A stretch of DNA of 64,000 nt, taken from NCBI GenBank assembly GCA_002633005.1, contig NMRA01000001.1:1149755-1213754 (forward strand). The letters are read 5' to 3'. Shown piece by piece: positions 39,501 through 54,500 of the stretch. The DNA is from Phoronis australis. Taxonomy: Eukaryota > Animalia > Phoronida. Both the position numbers and the translations under genes were made by a program. Every line of letters starts with the position of its first letter. Positions within the stretch are counted from its first letter, which is position 1. Below the pieces are notes generated by a model, which had not been told where the DNA came from, ran no database searches, and worked only from the letters and a program-made list of their open reading frames with translations.

Positions 39501-42500
39501 TATTTGTCACTTGTGAAGAATTATGATTTGACATCAGCACATGGTTTATAGGGGCTCTGTCGTCTTTAGTTGCTATTAACAATCTTTGTATTTGATAAAG
39601 AATCAAAGGATCTAATTATGGGCACTTACAGTTATTTTAAAGTTTTGAGTTCGTCTTTACAAATACTGGTAGCATTTTTTAGATCACGTACCTCAAATTT
39701 GCAGTTGTGGTCCCCAACTTTAATTTTTAAAAAGCTGAGGTTAAGTATGCAATACCATTTTGTTGGCACCACATCCTTCACTATTTTATCCGTGCAGTTG
39801 GCGTCATACCCTTCACTATTTTATCCGTGAAGTTTACGTCATACTCTTTGCTATTTCAATAACTTTCATAATTCGGGAGTGGTTGCATTTTGAACATTAT
39901 AGATGATCTTCATACCAGTTGTCTGGTTGTGCATACTACTTATAAGTGATTAAAGGATTGATAGTGTTGAGAGTGAATACATATTCAGCAAAAAAGGTCC
40001 AAAATTCAGAAAAAAAAGCGCGTATTATCCATATCTTGGTGCTTTACAGAATGTACAAGAGCTCGATTCAAATGGCAGGACAGCGCTGCATTACTGTGTG
40101 GAGAACACAGACACATCATGTGCTGAGGCTCTGTTAGGCAAGGACCGCACTTTGATCAACATCCAGGACGCTAGTGGTTACACACCACTTCACCTGGCGG
40201 TCATTGGTGGAAACTGTCTTTTGGCGTCATTCTTCATCGACAATGGGGCGGGTGTTAACACTACCGACAATGAGAAACATAACAGCGTGCACTGGGCCGC
40301 AGGTAATCTACTCCAAAGTATTTTGTGTTTTTAGTACCAAGTGTAACTTAAATGGTAGCACCGTAGTCAGCTACACGTCCAAGTTTTCAAAATTTCCCCT
40401 TGGTTGTGTAGCCAACCCCAGATTTGCACAGTGTAAATGCCACCAACCACTCCAACCATCTGATAGGAGTGAGGGTAGGTAACTAACAAACAGGAAACAA
40501 ATGATGCTTTAAGAACTAGTTTACTAAATACATGAATAAATGTAATGTAAAATATAAAAATGAGCAGTGGGAAAAGTGTCACTTTCTTTACACAAGGTCA
40601 TGGGTTCGAGTCCCACCGGATACACTACAAGACCCTTGATTCAGGCCTTTAGCTCCTCAGCTCGGTTTTAACTGTAATAAAGCATGAAAATGGTTTATAT
40701 GATCAGAGTGCTATGGGCCCACCTTAGTCGCCTGTGCACATTTGGTACAATGTGTACCAGACGGCTTGCAATTACTTTTTAATGTAAAAACTCATAGACT
40801 CATTTTCTAATACTCTGATTTGCAGTGTGTGGTCAGTTAGAAATCCTGGAGCTGCTTCTCTTGAAGCGTGCCAATGTTTCATGTGCTGATGTGTATGGTG
40901 CCACTCCTCTGCACTATGCTGCACAGATGGGCGGTAGTTCTGGCCCTGACCAACAGATGGACCCAGAGGTCTCTCTGAAGGTCCTTAAGAAGATCTTGTC
41001 AAAAGGCGTCCCTGTAGACACTGTGGACTTGGACGGACGTCAGCCATTGTTATGGGCTTCCAGTGCAGGTACAACGTTATTGTCTAATTTATGAAGTTGT
41101 AAATTATTTGTTAACAATGAATGTCTTATTCAGATTCTGTTTACTGATAGATTCCTGTTCATGACAAAGTTTCATTGAATATTGCAAAACATTTTTGCCT
41201 CTGACTTCCATTTTCAGAAATGAATGCAATTAATTTTAAAAGAATGATATTTCCTTAATAATCTGAGCTCTTATTCGTAGCAATAATCTATGCCTTGTTT
41301 TTAACATTTCTTGGAAAACAAAATTCGTCTTTAACGAGTATTTCTAAAGCTATATCCATTTTCCAGGATCCACCAAGGCCTGTGAAGCACTAGTCAAGGC
41401 AGGTGCCAAGGTTGATGTTATGGACAAAGATGGACTGACCGGTAAGTTTGTCACTGACTGTATCATTCAAAATAGTTTAGATTTTGTTGAATACAAATAA
41501 TTATTGAATTTAAAACTACTAACTGTGAAATTGCTGCAAGCATTTAAGTCGTGTCTGCATGCCATCTGTTGGCCACATCACATGACTTAATGAATGTAAG
41601 TCCAAAAAGATTTCTGCCCTTTTCCGGACTCGAACCCAGGACCTCCTGCTAACCGTGCAGACGCTCTAGCCACTGAGCTTTTGGGGCCACCGGTCAAACA
41701 CAGAAATACAATCAGACTTAGAGATTGACATACGAGGGCCTCACCCAGAAAACAACACGATAGCAACTAATTCTGACTTTTATTTTTCAATATAATCTCC
41801 TGTTACATCAATGCATTTCTTCCATCTGTGCTCCAGTTTTGCAATGCCTTCTTAAAAGAAACTTTTGTCAAGCCCCTCAAAATACTCCTCCACTGCACTC
41901 ATCGCTCACATACTGGCGTCCGTGTAGGTAGGCCTTCAAATGTGGAAACAAATAAAAATCAGACGGGACCAGGTCTGGAGAATAGGTGGGGTGCGGAAGA
42001 ATTTCAAAGCCACATCTAGTTGCTTCAGCCACCGCAGCTTGGGCAGTATGCAGGTGCGTTGTCTTGAAGCAACAGCACTCCATCCCGAAACTTCTCACGT
42101 CTCTTTTCCTTGATTGCTTTTTTGGGTTTTTCCAAAAGTGATGCATAGTAAGTCCCAGTAACAGTTTGTCCTCGTTGCAAGTAGTCAATCATCAGAATAC
42201 CTTCGCTGTTCCAGACCATAGAGGCCATAACTTTACTTGCAGAGGCACCCAACTTGAATTTTCTCAGGCTTGGGGAACCCACGTGCTTCCATTGTTTACT
42301 TTGTTGTTTTGATTCTGGGTCAAAGTGGTGGACCCATGTCTCATCCTGGGATATAAGTCTTCTGGAAAATTTGGTTAGATCTGCTTGGAATCTTCCTAAA
42401 AGTTCCTTTGAAATTTTCATTCTACTCATTTTCTGATCCTGAGTTAACATTCTTGGCACCCATCGTGCACTCAGCTTACTCATGCCCAAATCTTCACTCA

Positions 42501-45500
42501 GAATTTTAGGGACGGACACATTTCTGATGCCAACAGGGTTTGCCAAATGTTGAAAAGTCATTTGCCTGTCTTTCATAACAATTGCATGAATTTTCTACAC
42601 ATTTTCATTGGATGTCGATGATTTGGGACGTCCTGGACGAGGGTCATCTTCAACGCTTTCTCTACCCTTCTTGAAACAAGCTGACCACTTTTTTCTGTGG
42701 AGTAGCTCGGGGAGTCTGTTCCGAGTATTTTTTGCATCCCTTCATGAATATCTGTTGGTTTCATTCCTTTTTTACCCAAATACTTTATGACGGCTATCGT
42801 CTCCGTTATCTCCATAGTGCTAAATGTGTTGTCGTCTGCTTTTTTTTGAAGCAGCGCCACCTACTGTAGTGGCAGTTGACCGTACTACTTCATCATGAAT
42901 GCAGTACTGTTATAAAAAATGAAATTTTACTATGGTGTGAAAAAATTTAACCTGCGTCCCTGTTTTCTTTGTGAGGCCGAGAACTTGTTGAATGACCCTC
43001 GTATTCATACTCACCTGTCAAATTGGTTTCTGTCAGCAGCTCTATTTGAACCACTTACCACTACAAAATGGGTCTCAGTTGTTTTTTTTCCGCAGGTTAG
43101 AAGGAATTTCTGAGCTTGGGAAAAACTGACCAGTCTTGTAAGATGGTTTGACCAGCGTGGGTTATTATATATGCCGAGCATGGTCTCCTGCCATAGCAAA
43201 CTGGGAGTTCTTGTTGAGCCTAGAAGTGTCTTCTAATTCGAGACACAACAAACATGATACCATTTTTCAGTATTACGGCGTTTTCCTGTTGCTCACAACT
43301 TGTTCGATTCTATAGACCAACAACAAGTTGGGAAGATGACCCCTGTAGCCAATATCTTACACGACTGATTAACTCCATTCTGGTATTGACGGTTGGAGGG
43401 CCATGAGCTCTCTTTTGTTCGATAATTGCTCTAATCTCCAATAAGATCGTATCTAGCCTGACTGGGCTGTGCTGTTAAAAATAAAAGTTAAGTTATAATA
43501 TATTTGAACATAAACCAATAGCATTTCTGAAATCCTCATTAAATTGTAATCATGTTCAGTTTTTTGAATCGCCAAAATCGCCCACCGAAGTTACGACAAT
43601 CTATTCTTTCTGAACGTACCAATTCGCTCTGGGTTTGGCTGTGTTTGAATGTGGTCTGTAATAAGCCTGGTAGATAATTGGCCTGACTGTTGTCATACCA
43701 GACAAGACTGTGCTTGGCAGTTAACAAAGAATCTAGATGTTATCACACTCTCACAACCCTCTACGTCTGGTAAAGTCACTGAACGAGAAAACGTCGTCAT
43801 GGAATAAATTGTCTAAATCAAAGACTGAAGGCGGGTTTTGGAATAGCAGCTTCGGCAGTAGTCAGTTCCAGGAGTCCTGAATTTTGAGAACCAGTTTGAT
43901 GCAGGTTATTCAGTGGAGAAAACTGGTTCTCAAAATGCGGGACCCTTGTAAATTATCATTATTTTGTTTACCACAGCTCTAATATGAGAACTGACTCAAC
44001 AGTACTGTTTCAAGATGTCAAGTGAATATATAATCCTTATTCAAGTTTTCCTGAATTGTCTGTCACATTGTTGTTGGCATATTTAATTCAATCTCCAGTT
44101 CATGTGTGCTCATTGTTTTCTCTAGCGTTACATTGTGCTGCCAGCAGAGGGCATGGCGGGACTGTTGAGTCACTGGTACTACAGTGCCACCTACCTGTAG
44201 ACATAGTAGACAAGAACAAATGCACGGCTCTGTTCTATGCCATTACGATGGGTCACATCGAGTGTGCCAGAGTGCTGCTAGACCTGGGTTCTGACGGTAA
44301 CCACAAGGACAGGAAGGGGAGGAGGTATGGCTGATGATTTGATGCGTAATTAACATAATTTATGTGGGTGTGTTTCTGCTGAGCTCAGGACATTGAAAAT
44401 TTTGGATTTGTTGTACTAAACAAACGTTAATTTACACAATGTCTGTACTTTTGATGAGATATAACCACTTCTTAAAGCAAAGATTAACATTAAGCTTTTC
44501 CGTATGGCCATATTTAAGACTTTGGTAATAAGGTATTTCTTTGAAATAGCATTATCAAGGATGACATCAGAGTTATTTTTCACAATACCAGTATATTGTG
44601 AATTAGTTTGTAAAATGCATAAGTTTCTGAACTTGAAAGCTTTTTGTTTCAAAACAATTCAGTTGACAAGTACACTTTAAGTTCACACTAAGTTGATTTG
44701 CCCTTGTATACCTCCTCAAATGTCACATTATAATAGTGTGGAATGAACTGTACAGAATAGTTTTATCATGTGATAAACTAAGATTTAATTAAATAAATGC
44801 ATTTTTACGTCAATTCAGTCACTACACCTGATATCAACATTATGCCTATGTCGTTACAATATTGCAGAGTATTTCATGCATGATAAAAATCTGTTCAAAT
44901 CAAATGTTTATTAAACATTCATTTGCTGATTCTCGGACATGATGTTTGTGCTATCACCATTTCTCTCTCCTTCATATTGCGCTATAAACTGACGACTGTT
45001 TGTCATAACACACTTCCTGGTATTCATTCTCCTTGTATTCTCCAGCCCGGCTCATTGCGCTGCCTCCAAGGGAAGTGTATCTGCTCTCGTGCTTCTGAAG
45101 GAGAAAGAAGCTAACCTTTGGCTAGCCAACAATAATGGAGACTTCCCCATACATGAGGCTGCCATCCACAAATTCAATGGTAGGACGGTATAATCAGTGG
45201 TTACAGTAAATTGACAGTTGTTTCATTTAGGCTTAAAGATGCTGGTTTCACTTCTTGTCAGTTAAAAACATTATAACAAGATGTTGGCTGGTAATAAGTT
45301 TTTGCAACCAAATGATGATGCTCTTTCAAAACCTAATCAAATGTTTTACAGATAAATTAATTGTGAAATTTTTTTAATAGTTTTTGAATTTCTGGTGATG
45401 CACCAGTAAAATGGGCACCACTTTTGAACAGCTCTGATCACCATTTTTTATGAATATGTTAGGCAGTAAAAATGCAATAAAAATATATGGGGATGTTTCT

Positions 45501-48500
45501 ATTTGTAGTGACTCGTGTTTTTTGATTGGTGAAATTCTTTCTGTTTTTATATTTGTGAGACTAAAAACTTTAATCAGAGAAACTCACCACCCATTCGCTT
45601 GTTCTGAAATTTTGAGGAAAATGCTGATGCTGAACACTTGTTAATTAATTCAAACATAAATCGTGCAAGTTCTTACATACTTCCGGAGTACTTCTAATGT
45701 TTAGCCAAAAACCCTGAAAGACAGGGCAACATTGCCAACTGAGGTTTCACTTAATTTCTGAATTAAACTTTACTTGTTTTACTTCAGAATGTGTCAGTAA
45801 GTTCTCTGTATTGCCTGATTTTTCTGGTTAGAAAATATTCTAAAAACTTGAAAAACAGATTACTGATGTTTTCACTGAATTGGAATGCGTTCCTTATTTA
45901 CACAACAATTGCCATGTCTACGTACAGAATGGCGCCTGCTTAGGCCTACCTGCTTGAGGATTTATATGATTTTTTTCGAAAATCCTGCAAGTCTTGCTTG
46001 TAGAAGGTAATTGATTGAAGTGTTGGTTTTATAGATATGGTCCGCAAGTTTTTTGCCACCGCTTCTAACTTGCAAGAGGCACTGAGTTCGGCGAATCAGG
46101 ACAGGCGAACATGTCTTCACATTGCAGCCACAACCGATAACCTGGCTTTGTGTAAAATACTGGTGGAAGGAGGGGCGAAGGTCAACCCACTCATGGTGTC
46201 AAAGGTACAATTTTTACATATTGCCATAACAGAACCAGTACTATCCCCATGTACCCATCGTCAGGGTAGCAGTGATAGTGGGTTTATGTACAATTTTGAA
46301 TTTGCACCCTGTTCTAGCAAAAGACTGCCTGCAAATAGACGGCCAATGATAGCGATAGCCTTTTCTTATTCCTGTCAATTCATGGTTGATCCATTGTGAG
46401 TGATCGCCTACTGCAGCATCTGTGTCCAGATATGTTTCGTTATGTCATTGGCTCAAACACGTCTCATCACAGTATCAGCTTCATGAATGTTGTGTTGATG
46501 CGCCTTTTTCCATTTTCTAAGTCTGTGTTACTCTCCATATAGTCTGGCCAATAGTAATGTTATTGGGATTTCTCATAGCAAACCATACATTGTATATCCT
46601 AAAAATGGCATATTTTTAATCTTTTTTATTACCTCCAAAGATAAGACCATTCCTCCAAATAGAATATGTGTAGTGATATTAACATAGATTGGGGACTTGT
46701 TAATTGGTGTGGTACTAATGGTACTTATAAAAGTGTATTTTGTAGATAAGGCAAGAAGTGCCGAAATAGACTGTCGTGTTTCTCAACACTTGCTGACACT
46801 TGTCATTTGATACGGGCCCCCCATAAATATCCCTGTATTTGAGGGGGACTTGTTGCATACATTCCTGGCATGATCTTTAGCAGGAAAATGCTATGAATCA
46901 CAAAGCACGGTCTACAGAAGTAGTGTACATGTTCCCAGTAGCATTGTGATAAACGATGTAGGAGCTGCATACGGTGTGGGTAGGTACAGCTGCATTTTTC
47001 TTCACAATCTGTTCCTCTTTTTCAGGGCAAGTATCTGACGCCGTATGACACAGCAGTGATGAGGAGCAACAAGGAATGTGCGGACTACTTACAAGGAGTT
47101 GGAGGCACTACTTCTGATAAAGTATCCAACCACGCCGCCAGCGTCATACAGCGATACACCATGAATTACATAAATAGCAAGACAAAAACGGAGGCTCCGG
47201 AGGAAATGGAAATCTTATCCGAAGGAGAGGAGGAAATTCCGCCAGTAGTTAGGTCATCACAAACTAGTCCTGTCCAGTTCTACGTAGAACCAGACACAGT
47301 TGACGCACAGACACTTGTGCAAGTGGAGACAGTCGATGTCGGAACATCATTCCCCAGGATTCCCCGCAAGGACATTGTGTCGAAAGTGCAATTGAGTGTG
47401 ATTAAGTACGAGGTGCCGAGACGTTTGGCACGAGAGATGCAGGCTGTAAAGAAGTCATTGAGGGACGCCCCTCGCAAGTATGACAAAGCCATACTTCATA
47501 AGTTAAAAGTGAAAGAAGTCAAGATGGATGACATGAGTGACCTTGAGTGTAAGTGCTGCCCCCTTTGTGTGATCAGCAGCCAGTGCTCTGACGGGAATAC
47601 AATGGCAGAACTTCTTTGCAAGATGACATTTCTCATGGGTGTTGAATTTTTACTTTTCAACTTCTAATAGGGTTCCATAATACACATATTGTTGGCCGAT
47701 GGCAGGGAGGGGGTTGCGGTAGGCAGTGCTCTGGTCATCCTGGAGAAGAGGTACATACTGTGATTCAAAACTTAATAGAATTTCGCATATCATTGAGCAA
47801 GGGGAGGGAGAGGGTTTGGTCAAACTGGAGTGAGGTGTGGACTGTGACTCAAAACCCGACCACTTGCCCATGAAAACACATTCTTAATCAATTACGCTTT
47901 TTTCTCTAAACAGTGAATAGCAGGTTTCAAAATGAGCCAACTGCAGAGCAGCACCACTTGTTTTTTTGTTTTTTTTTTATTGTGATATTTAAAATGAGGG
48001 TAGCCTCTTCAGTGATAGCACTGCTTTCCAAGAGGGCCCTCAACAAGAAAAACAGTAAATATAATACAATGAAGTAATAAAACAACAATGAAATATACGT
48101 AACAAAGATACAATTAAAACAGGTAAGGTTATGTTTGTCCTGATAACTTCTTGTTACAATACACATAACCATGTTTGATCCTGTCTATTTCCAGCTCTAC
48201 ACAGTGACCACGAGGAGGAAGAACTACCGACACTTCCTTCCCCCATCATACATATGGAAGCAGAGGTTTGTTGAGCATTAGTCTTCTCTGCTCTTTCTCT
48301 CTCAGAATGTGATTCTCGGAATAACATGCAGAGCTCTGTGACCCTGCAGCTATGGTGATGACTAGCTACTGACCATATTCTAAGTATCTCTCACTTCACT
48401 CTATGGATGTTACCTGAGCTGTATGTTGGCACTTGTTGTCCTAAATTGTTGTAAATATGATCCTGATGATGTCTAATGAAAAGACGAAACATTGAATTGA

Positions 48501-51500
48501 ACATGAACTTTTTTATTTGCGCGGCGATCGTCCGGTTTTTGATCTTATTGTGGCCAAAAACTGATTTAATTAAGAATGTGACTAGTGTGGTAAAATCTCA
48601 CCAGTTTCGCACATTAACTTTTATAACAACAAAGGACAATGTAAAACAATATGCTAATGATGCCGAGAATTTGCCCAGAATGAAACATTGTCAACAATCA
48701 ATGATTGCCAAAAATGGCCATTTTTCATTTTTCAATGGCCGTTGGAGCATAGTCATTGTCTGTCTATGGTTTTGATATAGCATTTATTGTTTGCTTCTTT
48801 TGTGAAAATTGAAATAAATCTCACTTGTCGACCATATTTGTCCTAAATTGGTGAGATTTTACTGTATATAATATTAGCTTGGTAGTCTTCATGTTGCATG
48901 ATTGCAGCCTAGATCATGTATAAGTTCAAGTACACGGAGCAAATACTGTGCTGTTACCAAATACTCTTGGGTATTAAAACCTGACATGGAATTGGGTTGA
49001 ATTAACTTCACCTAGCATGATATTTTTCTGAATAAATTAATCATTGAAATTGTTGTAGGAGAGTCATATTGTTGCTGACCATAGCAATGGGGAAAAGAAA
49101 AATATTTTAGAAAAGAACAGGGCGGAACATAGGAAACAAGTTACCAAGCATGAGGTGAGTTGTCTTTCTGTTATGCTTTTACCATGTTTAAGATTAAGTT
49201 TCTGTGATACTACCAAGCATGCGTGTATGCAGCTATGTAGTTATAAATTTGCACTGTATGTGAAAAAGAACTGAAGAAATGAATGAGTGAACATTTTCCT
49301 CAGAAAGTGACTTAACACAATGTTCTACATAATAATTATTAAATATGATATGTTTCACTGTGATTTGATTGCATAGCATCTCGGCTGTGCAGAATCAAAA
49401 GAGTGGAATCACAGTGTAGCACTTACGTTGTGCAATTGTTCTTTAAGTCGTTCAGTAAAGATGTTCATTCATTGGTAAAACATAAATGGAGTATGGCATT
49501 TGGGATATTCTGAGGCATTGGGTTTCTGTACACGTATGGTTACCATTGTTGTGACATTTTTGTGTAAATAAGTGCAAGACTGCTTGTTTATACAAGGTGT
49601 CCCAAAAATATCAATAAAAATATTCTGAAATATTGGAACCAAGATGTGGTTTTACTGGGAACTAATGGCATTTTTCGTATGCCTGGAATCCCAAAGTTTA
49701 TGTTGCAGTGCAGAGTAGTTGGGTAACGTGCCACTGGTAACTATTATGGAAGATTTTTGTCACACAAAGCAATCAGCTTTGCAGCTCAGGTACAAATTAA
49801 CTAATAGATTTTTCAACATAGCTGATGTACTCTGGTATAGAACAATTAGTAGGATTGTTTCTTAGTTTTCTGCAGTTAGTGATTCGATGTAAAATGTAGT
49901 AGTTGGAATGAGAGGTGGTTTCTATGCGGAGCATGCAAAGGCTGTCCGAAGGTCAACTGTAGCATTTTTCCTGACTCTGTGCCTTGCAAAAGAAGGCGTA
50001 ACATTCCTGCAGTACAAAAACTACCATTTAGTTCCTAGTTAATCATTTTCGGGTATTCATATTTCAGAGTATTTTTGGTTAATGTTTTTGGTACTTCCTA
50101 TACATCTTCTTTGTTACTGCGCACATTGAGGTTTTCAAATGAACATTTCAGAAACAAGTCAAAGAACAGAAAGAAAAATTAGAGCTCAAAATGGCTGACC
50201 TGGTCAAGCGGACTGAGGAGATCTTCAACACAGTGAACCTGGAGGCAGCTCAAACACTGTCGGCTGTAAGGGAGAAGAACCGGACATGGGAACAGCACAT
50301 TTCGACTCAGAAGTTTGTACCCAGCCCCAGGTCTAGGAAACCCATGCTTACGCAGGAGTGAGTTCATTAAATGCTGATGTTGTGATTATTTAGCTCAGCG
50401 TCCTATAAATTCAAATCATGCGCTTGCGGCAAAAAATCTTTACTTTGAAACGGTGAATTCTATCCCATAATGCAACATTCTATCCTCACATTTCCGTATC
50501 CGCCATTTTGTTAGGTTACACTCTAGTAAAGTCTTAAGTATATTCATGAAACAGTTGCCTCTCACTCGCGTGTTTTTTTTCTTTTTTGCAAGATTCTTGG
50601 GTTTGTTGAATGCTGTCCCACTCTTATGCTTAATTGATTTGAGTAATTTGTTTTTGCATCCTTGGTAGTAAGTCATAGCAGCCTGGGAGCAATTTTCGGT
50701 GCTTCAACTTATTACAAGATTTTTTGGTCAGGACGAAGTATACAGTAGAGCAAGAGAAGACTAAGAGTCTGGAAACACGCGCTCGCCATAGGGACTATCA
50801 GGCACGCAGGGCAGTTGAGTATAGAAATAAGATCTGCAAGGCGTATGGACAGGGGTACTCGTACATATTTGATAACGGTGAGTGTTGAAAGTGTAATATG
50901 GCCTTTGTGTTCTGCTGTAGTGGTTGTAACTTTAAGGATAGATCCTGGAGTATTGACTGTGATTAATAGGCATATTGTTCTTGGTGCTTGTATGGTTGTT
51001 ACTGAAAAGCACAACATGTATTTATTCAGCTGATTGTGAAATACCAACATTTTGATTTCTGGAATTTGGGTACAATGTACAACATGTACTGGTGAATGCC
51101 CATGTTTGACTAAAAGCTCACCCTCCACCCAAACTTTCCAAGTTTTTTAAATGTTGTTGCTCGGTTATACGTCCACCCTTAATTTATACACTCAGGCAGC
51201 CTTTTTAGTTTCTTGAAGCACCATGTCTACAGAAATGCTTACTTCAGCTCCTCAAATGCATGTAAACCACTTGCCTTTAACTAACAACCATCACATGGCT
51301 TGCTCTGGTGTGCTGCTTGTTTACATCATGTAGAAAAACTTTGATTCCTGTACCACTGTGGTCAGTCGGACTGCATGGAGAATTTACTAGGGAATTAGTG
51401 CTTGAGGTAGATATGGTTTATAGCATCTATTGTTACTTCTTGAGAGAGCTGGACTGGGTATGAGAGCATGTATGCGTGCGTGCGAGTCCAAATGCATTTG

Positions 51501-54500
51501 CGGCCGGCTCAAAATGGAAGACAACTTCTTGCATCATGACTCTTTGTTTCTCTGCAGAAAAAAATCCACGTATGTCATCTACGTCAACCCGCAGTTCTAC
51601 ATCATTGATGTCACGACCAAAGACCACAAATACAAGCTATACTATGTCACCGGCACAACTGAGAAAAGTCCGATCATCCAAATATCGCCAAATAATGACA
51701 GCGAAGGGTGTTATGAACATTAGGGAGGATGAGCCAATGCCAGGTATGAAGAGTCATTTTGTTGAAAGCCATGCAAAGTCTCTTTCTGAACATGTACTAG
51801 CCTACTAGTGGCTTATGATCATAAAGAGTTTAAAAGTCCATATTATATTGAGTTGCCAAGAACCAAAAGTTTTCTGAAAATAAATTCTGTTATGTCTCCT
51901 TTCTAGTTTTACCTTCTAATTCTTATTCATGTGATTTGAATTCTTGGTTGCAATGTGCATGTCCCATCACATCTATAAGAAGTTCTGGACTTTGAATTGT
52001 GATAGCTGACCGTGCAGTAGCCTCTGCGTTGCAGAGTGTATAGCTATTCGACTGATATATAGTCTGGTCAGACACAGTAATCCAATAATTTGATACTTCC
52101 AGCATTGCAACTAAAAAACATATCCTTTAGCAAAAACCAAAAACTCTTGAGGCCTGATTCATGTATCCTGTGGCTGAGTTATGTAAATGACTCTGTCAGG
52201 CTGTCACTTTCTGTACTCTGAGTCACTCTCAGATTCACAAATGGTGGGCCTGAGTATCCACGAGTCACACCTGATTGGTCGAAATATTTTTTACCCACAC
52301 CTGATTGGTCAGAGTATGAGTCTGGCCACTAACTACATAAATTATTAACTGCTTGAGAGTCATGATACCTTTAATAGTTTCGTGCAACTTGAAATATGGA
52401 CTTTTAAGTGCAGAACCAGCTGAAATTCAGCACCTTCTTTCTGTAGTGTTTAGTATACCGTAACTGTTGCAATTAATTCAAAAGTAATCGGCTTATTCTT
52501 GAGCTTTTGTGTGTACTGCCCAGTTCCTAAGTGCCATTTAGTCCAAAAGCAAGTTAGAATATGTTTGTCTTTTTCCTTGCATTCCATTCTGGATTCAACT
52601 CTCAGTCAGTAGACCCAATGAACTCATTTTTCATTTATCTTACACCAAGGGTGAAAATTTATTACAAATTGTACATTCTAAATAAGTCTTGGATATCTTT
52701 TTGCCTGAATTTGCTCTTCTGAGATGTTGAATTTGATAGAATGTTGTTGTTTGTATACCATTAATTGTTCTTGTTTTTCCGCTTGGCTTTTACTAACATT
52801 TTGTGTTCGATGCTTGCTATTTAGATGTCAGTGTCTGATTTGAAGGAAGCATGTTTATAGCATTATCACAGTGGTAAGATGAGCATGACTGCTGTGTGAC
52901 AGCAGGCTGGTGCCGGTGCTTACAAAACCACAACTTCCTCATGTATACCATACCGCATGTGCACACATTGGCCCATTTCGCCTCTTTCCAAATGTGAGCT
53001 CATGTTTTAAAGCAGAGAACTAGTTTACTAGCTTGGTAGTGAAGTTTGGATTTTTTTACACATTTAATATTAAAGTTTTTATTGAGCGCTGTTCATGTTG
53101 TTTTGCTATTATCGTGGGACATCCTGTTTTACACAATGGCGAGTGTGGAATGTCAATCCATTAGGAACTCTGCCCATCTCATTGCATCTTGCTGTTCGTT
53201 AATAGATTTGCACAGGAACCACGAGAGTCATGAAGCTCAATATCACAAACCCTGATCTAAGTTCCTTCTATGCGGAGCATAGCAACTATCATAGTACCAA
53301 TGACTTCACAGCAGTGAAATACTGGCCATAAATTTTAATTTTGTGGTCTGTAACACTTTTGATTTTGTCGTACCTTGGTGACGGACAGTTTTACACATCA
53401 AAACAGTGCTCAACACACTCAACCTGCAACATTATTGAATATTGGCACATGGGCTTAATTGGAAGCATATGCGGTATGTCTCCCTCTTTTGCATAACAAA
53501 TAACACCAACTTTGAGCTTTTTGTTTGCTTATATATAATTAAAACTGGAAGTAGTCCTAGCTTAAAGGCAGATTTGGTCACGTGTTTTATAAAAATTCCA
53601 AAAGCCTAAGATTAAGACAAAGAGTCAATGAAAGAAATTGCATATTTTGCTTATCCTTTCTTTGTAAAAGTGCTTTCATCTTTTTGTACGTTTGCATGAA
53701 CTGAAATAGTGAGTGAACCACTTATTGCATGCTGTGGCTATGTGACCTTGAAATCTAAAGTTGATTGTACAAAGAGCCAAAGTCACTTATGAGTTCAGTT
53801 ACCTACCTGATAACTGGTCATTTTTCTAGTTAAAGTACGGCCACCTTTTAATAAACATTGGAATTATATGTGAAGGTAAATTCAACCGTGTGGCTCGAGT
53901 GGTATTTACTTTTTGTTGAAGATGAAAGAAGGTGTAAATCAGATGCATCTTCGTTCTCCAGGGCTGGGTTGCATGACTTCAGGCGTGTTGTTCAACAATG
54001 GCAATGAGGCACGTGATGATGTGACATTGTTGTTAGCTGGGGTATAAATGTTATGCAACCAGGCCCAGCAGTATAAAACAAATGGAATTGCTAGCTTTTC
54101 AGTCTGTATTCGGCTCTTTTTGTACTCATCTGATGAAGAGCTGCATGTCAGACTCAAAAGTTAGTCTTAATATATGTCTGCTGGAGAATATAGGTGTATT
54201 TTATAGCTTGTTATATCTTTATTTTACCTTTCCAGTCTCAACTGATTATATGTTATTGAATAATCTTATATTTTTCTTCAGTGTCATATGATTTGATTTC
54301 GCAGGGTTGTGGTGAATGTAGTTTGGTTGTAAAAATACTTCAACCCCTTTCTTTCTGTGTGTTTTATGTATTTCACATTTCATACTAACTGCATGTCTCT
54401 TTTTATTTCATATATTTTCTACTAACATCTACCTCCACCTTTTAGCTTGTCCTGTGTTTCTTGCACACCTATCAAAATGCTCTGCACTGCCCCCCATCAG

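Noticed and set aside
41616-41688. Functional tRNA gene
   Set aside because: The anticodon loop lacks U33 and the acceptor and T stems are broken; treated as SINE or pseudogene
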